The notes under the pieces were generated by a model. The model was not told the DNA's origin and searched no databases. It saw nothing but the letters and a program-made list of their open reading frames with translations. DNA of 64,000 nt from Acidimicrobiia bacterium. Its GTDB lineage: Bacteria > Actinomycetota > Acidimicrobiia > Spongiisociales > Spongiisociaceae. This document shows positions 60,508 through 64,000 of this stretch, one piece after another. Made by a program: the position numbers and the translations under genes. The first letter of the stretch is position 1. The number at the start of each line of letters is the position of its first letter. The stretch spans positions 592 to 64,591 of the forward strand of contig WTGI01000072.1 of assembly GCA_011523635.1 (NCBI GenBank), written 5' to 3'.

Positions 60508-61526
60508 CAGCCCGGCTCGTTCTCTACAAACACCCGGTAGGTGGGCTGGGAGGTGACGAGAGTGAGGGCATCGTGCGCCCGGGACAGTGGGAATCGGGCC
60601 GTTACCAGACTGTCGAGATCGTCGGCGATGACTCCCGAGCGGATGACGGCAGCCGCCCGCACCCAATCCTCGGGCTCCTGGCTGTACACCCCCACGATCG
60701 ATATCTCGTCGCGGTGCGCCCGATCAGCGGCCACACCGACCTTGGCCTCTGGGTCGAAGGTGCTGTAGAGGACCACCGAGCCGCCCGGCGCCACCATCTC
60801 GACCGCGAGGTCCAGGCCCCCCATGGCGGTCACGAACACAACGTCCTGGAGACCACCGACCTGGCGGGCCGCCCGGGGCCGGGCCACCCAGTCGGCGCCG
60901 GCTCCTCCGGCTTCCCGGCGCCTCTCCTCCGATATGTCCACCACCCCGACGGTCGAGGCGCCCTCGATACGAACCAGGGCCATATGGAGCCGTCCCATGA
61001 ACCCCCCGCCGATGATGGCCACCCGCTCCCCTGCCTTGAAACCAGCCCTCCGCAAGGAGTGGACCGTGCAGGCGATGGGCTCGCCCATGGCGGCATGGAG
61101 CATGGGAGCGTTCCCGACCGGGTAGGTCGACTTGGCGTCGACCGAGATCGTCTCGACCAACCCCCCGAAGCTGAAGGTCCCGTCCGACAGGGAGCGACCC
61201 TGACGGTACCGGCAGAGGGCGGTCCTGCCGCGCCGGCACGGTCCGCAGGTCAGGCATCGCGTGAGCAGATCGACCGTCACGGCCTCCCCGACCTGCGGGG
61301 AACCCTCCAGGGCGTCTACCGCGGAGCCGACCTCCACCACCACTCCGGATATCTCGTGCCCGGGAGAGACGGGATACCAGCGCTTGTCGCCGGCGAACAG
61401 CCTCCTCTCGAAGGTGCAGACACCGCAGGCGGCCAATTCGACCAGCACCTGATCGGGACCAGGGACAGGGCATGGCTCGGTGCGAAGCTCCACCTGGCCG
61501 GGTCCTGTGATGACTGCCGCTTTCAC
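60507..61526 (-). CDS. zinc-dependent medium-chain (sorbitol/threonine-type) alcohol dehydrogenase
   Basis: The sequence is MKAAVITGPGQVEL...CGVCTFE...GHEISGVVVEVG...C..C..C..GRTALC (structural Zn)...IIGGGFMG. Confidence 0.88.
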   Translation of the reverse strand: MKAAVITGPGQVELRTEPCPVPGPDQVLVELAACGVCTFERRLFAGDKRWYPVSPGHEISGVVVEVGSAVDALEGSPQVGEAVTVDLLTRCLTCGPCRRGRTALCRYRQGRSLSDGTFSFGGLVETISVDAKSTYPVGNAPMLHAAMGEPIACTVHSLRRAGFKAGERVAIIGGGFMGRLHMALVRIEGASTVGVVDISEERRREAGGAGADWVARPRAARQVGGLQDVVFVTAMGGLDLAVEMVAPGGSVVLYSTFDPEAKVGVAADRAHRDEISIVGVYSQEPEDWVRAAAVIRSGVIADDLDSLVTARFPLSRAHDALTLVTSQPTYRVFVENEPG

Positions 61527-61817
61527 CGGGACCTTTCCGGTCGCTGGGACGGGACGCCTGATCGGCGCCGGGACGGGATACCGACCGGATGGTAGCCCTG
61601 ATTACTCATGTCCCCAGCACACCGACGCGGATCACGGCACCTCAACCACATCACTTGCGAAGCGGCCACCATCGCCCGGCGGGTGCCTTCACGCCCGGCC
61701 GCAAGATGGGGCTGTCAAATGGCTATAACCCCAGGTCAGGAGCACTGAGCACCTATGGGCGTCACCCGCACAAACCTCCATCCATGAACAATCGGGGTTA
61801 ACGGGCGGGTCGGGGAG

Positions 61818-62735
61818 TCACGCCCCCTGCCGGCGGGCTTCCCGGATGCGGACCAGGTCGGTCACCACCACCCCGGACAGCACCAGCACCCCACCCAACA
61901 GGATGCCCGGCTGGACCTGCTCGTCCAGGAGCAGGACTCCGGCACTGACAGCCACCAGCGGGATCAGATAGGAGATGACCGACGAGAAGACCACCGGGAC
62001 ATGGCGGATCAGGAAGTAGTAGAGGCTGAGCGGAAGGAACATCCCGACGGTGCCGGTGTAGAGAATCGCCAGAAGGCCCGTGGTGCTATGGCCGAACGGA
62101 GCGCCATCGACCGCCAGCCCCACCGCCCACTGGGCGACGCTCCCCACCGCCAGCTGAACCCCGGTGACACCGAGCACCGAGTATTGCCCGGCATAGCGCT
62201 TGGCATAGACGCCGGCGAATGAGATGCAGACCACGCTGGTCAGGGCCATCACGCCCGCCATGACCGGGTCGCCGCCATCGGTGATCCCCGAGTCCCCGAT
62301 GAGGATGAGAGCCGCTATTCCAAATAAGCCGAGCAACAGGCCGAACGTGGTTCCCACGTTGAGGCGCTCTTCGGCCAGCATGAAGTGAGCCACCAGGGCG
62401 GTTCCCAGCGGGATCAGGGAGTTCACCAGGGTGACGAACCCGGCGGAAGCGTTGGCCAGCGCTAGGTACCTGGCCTGCTGGGGCAGCAGCACCGCTAGAA
62501 GGGCCAGCACCAGACCGATCCGAAGCTCGGCCGGACCCACCAGGTTCCGGCGGCGCATGAGGCCGATCATCAGCCAGACCGACACGGCGGCGACCATAGA
62601 CCCCCCGGCAGCCATCGTCGAGGGGCCGATTCCCTCGGCGATACCGACCCTTCCGGCAATCGGAGCGGTGCCCCATCCCAGGCTGATGATCCCGATGATC
62701 ACCCAGATCCGTTGGTTGGTGATCCGCAGGCTCAC
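61818..62735 (-). CDS. EamA/DMT-family transporter
   Basis: It has 305 aa and about 10 TM spans. The sequence is IGIISLGWGTAPIAGRVGI.... Confidence 0.78.
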   Translation of the reverse strand: MSLRITNQRIWVIIGIISLGWGTAPIAGRVGIAEGIGPSTMAAGGSMVAAVSVWLMIGLMRRRNLVGPAELRIGLVLALLAVLLPQQARYLALANASAGFVTLVNSLIPLGTALVAHFMLAEERLNVGTTFGLLLGLFGIAALILIGDSGITDGGDPVMAGVMALTSVVCISFAGVYAKRYAGQYSVLGVTGVQLAVGSVAQWAVGLAVDGAPFGHSTTGLLAILYTGTVGMFLPLSLYYFLIRHVPVVFSSVISYLIPLVAVSAGVLLLDEQVQPGILLGGVLVLSGVVVTDLVRIREARRQGA

Positions 62736-62965
62736 CTCGCCATCCTAGGAAGTACCGAGCAACGTCCCGGTGGCCCGCCGCATGGTGCCAGAATCCGGTC
62801 TTGGGAATGTCGGGCCGGCAATCCCCGTACTTGTCAGCACGTTCCCAAGAGGAGCGCGGCCGGTCCGGACTATTCGGGACCACTGGCGAGGCATAGGCAT
62901 GTGGACGCCATGTGCAGGCTGATACAGTGAAACAGCGACGAATTCGTGTAATGCAAGGAGCCCGA

Positions 62966-64000
62966 ATGCCCGATCCGGCGTATGCGAGCGGCGACCGGTC
63001 GACACCCTTGTTACAGGAGACCATCGGCCGGAACCTGGAATCGACCGTTGCCCGGTTCCCCGACCGGGATGCCCTCATCTCGGTGCACCAGGGCATCCGC
63101 CAGACCTACCGGGCTTTCAACGACTCGGTGGATCTGCTTGCCATAGGGTTGCTCCGGCTCGGACTGGAAACCGGCGACCGGGTCGGCATCTGGAGTCCCA
63201 ACTGCGCGGAGTGGGTATGGCTCCAGTACGCCACCGCCAAGGTCGGGGTGATCCTGGTCAACCTCAACCCCGCCTACCGGACCCACGAGATCCGTTACGC
63301 ACTGGCCCAGTCCGGCTGCCGGGTGCTGGTGTCCGCCCAGACCTATCTCTCCTCGAACTACCAGGAGATGGTGGCGGAGGTGGAGGACGAGCTGCCCGAC
63401 CTGGAGCGGGTGATCTTCCTCGGCACGCCCGAGTGGGACCACCTCATGACCGCGCCGGAAGACGGTATGGACGCCGCGCTGGCCGAGCGCGCCTCCGCGC
63501 TCCATCCTGACGACGCCATCAACATCCAGTACACGTCGGGCACCACCGGGTTCCCGAAGGGAGCCACGCTCAGCCACACCAACATCCTCAACAACGGTTT
63601 CTTCGTCGGCGAGGCCTGCGCCTACACGGACGAGGACCGGGTCTGCCTCCCGGTCCCCCTCTACCACTGCTTCGGGATGGTGCTCGGAACCCTGGCATGC
63701 ACCACGCACGGCTCCGCCATCGTGCTGCCGGGCCCCGGTTTCGATCCTGGCCAGGTCCTCACCACCATCCAGCAGGAGGGCTGCACCAGTCTGTACGGGG
63801 TGCCGACGATGTTCATCGCCGAACTCGCCCAGCCCGACCTGGAGAGCTTCGACCTGTCCTCGCTCCGCACCGGGATCATGGCCGGCTCACCCTGCCCGGT
63901 GGAGGTGATGAAACAGGTGATCTCCGACATGAACATGAGTAACGTGACCATCGCCTACGGCATGACCGAGACCTCTCCGGTGTCCACCCAGACGATGACG
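62966..64000 (+). CDS. AMP-dependent acyl-CoA synthetase/ligase (FadD-like), N-terminal 345 codons; runs off the right edge
   Basis: This ORF is not in the supplied track because it has no in-window stop. The ATG at 62966 lies 5 nt after AAGGAG. My translation reads [39 protein letters not shown]...[20 protein letters not shown] (AMP-binding P-loop)...YGMTETSPV. Confidence 0.9.
   Translation, partial: MPDPAYASGDRSTPLLQETIGRNLESTVARFPDRDALISVHQGIRQTYRAFNDSVDLLAIGLLRLGLETGDRVGIWSPNCAEWVWLQYATAKVGVILVNLNPAYRTHEIRYALAQSGCRVLVSAQTYLSSNYQEMVAEVEDELPDLERVIFLGTPEWDHLMTAPEDGMDAALAERASALHPDDAINIQYTSGTTGFPKGATLSHTNILNNGFFVGEACAYTDEDRVCLPVPLYHCFGMVLGTLACTTHGSAIVLPGPGFDPGQVLTTIQQEGCTSLYGVPTMFIAELAQPDLESFDLSSLRTGIMAGSPCPVEVMKQVISDMNMSNVTIAYGMTETSPVSTQTMT

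Overview
This is a visibly high-GC, gene-dense chromosomal segment. It is most likely from an actinobacterium, because it carries mycothiol-linked genes (an Mca/MshB-type PIG-L deacetylase and a mycothione-reductase-like flavoprotein), recO-uppS-glyS synteny, and a suf locus with a Rieske ferredoxin. I can support about 60 CDSs, almost all housekeeping or transport. They include glyQS, uppS, recO, an OmpR/HK two-component pair, sufB/D/C, dinB, gltBD, split AcnX (DUF521/DUF126), menA, arfB, a SulP and beta-carbonic anhydrase pair, a Phd/VapC TA pair, aceE, moaA, three Tad pseudopilin-like genes, mtr, sthA, a DrrAB-like exporter, ferritin, and a dehydrogenase-kinase-aldolase-ABC uptake operon. 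I recognised no rRNA, tRNA or CRISPR array. The supplied track lists only ORFs with an in-window stop, so two real edge genes are missing from it: glyQS at the left edge and an acyl-CoA synthetase at the right edge. Many long listed ORFs are Arg/Pro/Gly-rich antisense or off-frame artefacts typical of high-GC DNA. Several true genes are the C-terminal parts of over-extended ORFs, and I re-derived their starts by hand. I do not see a clear-cut novel multi-gene system such as a defence island. The observations most worth a second look are these. (1) A family of CTAG-anchored hairpin/inverted-repeat elements abuts gene stop codons: a 167-bp copy at 48009-48175, a short copy at 36462-36501, and a degenerate copy at 51886-51923. 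(2) An AT-richer convergent spacer with 14-bp tandem repeats overlaps a stop codon at 21234-21522. (3) A low-GC BNR-propeller lipoprotein has an N-terminus that looks like a relic of an IS1595-type transposase HTH. (4) An orphan triad of Tad pseudopilin genes is present. (5) An orphan SPPY DNA methyltransferase is present. (6) The suf locus is rearranged. (7) A polyol/AI-2-like catabolic operon uses a BMP-family binding protein. All functional calls rest on motif recognition by eye, since no database search was possible.
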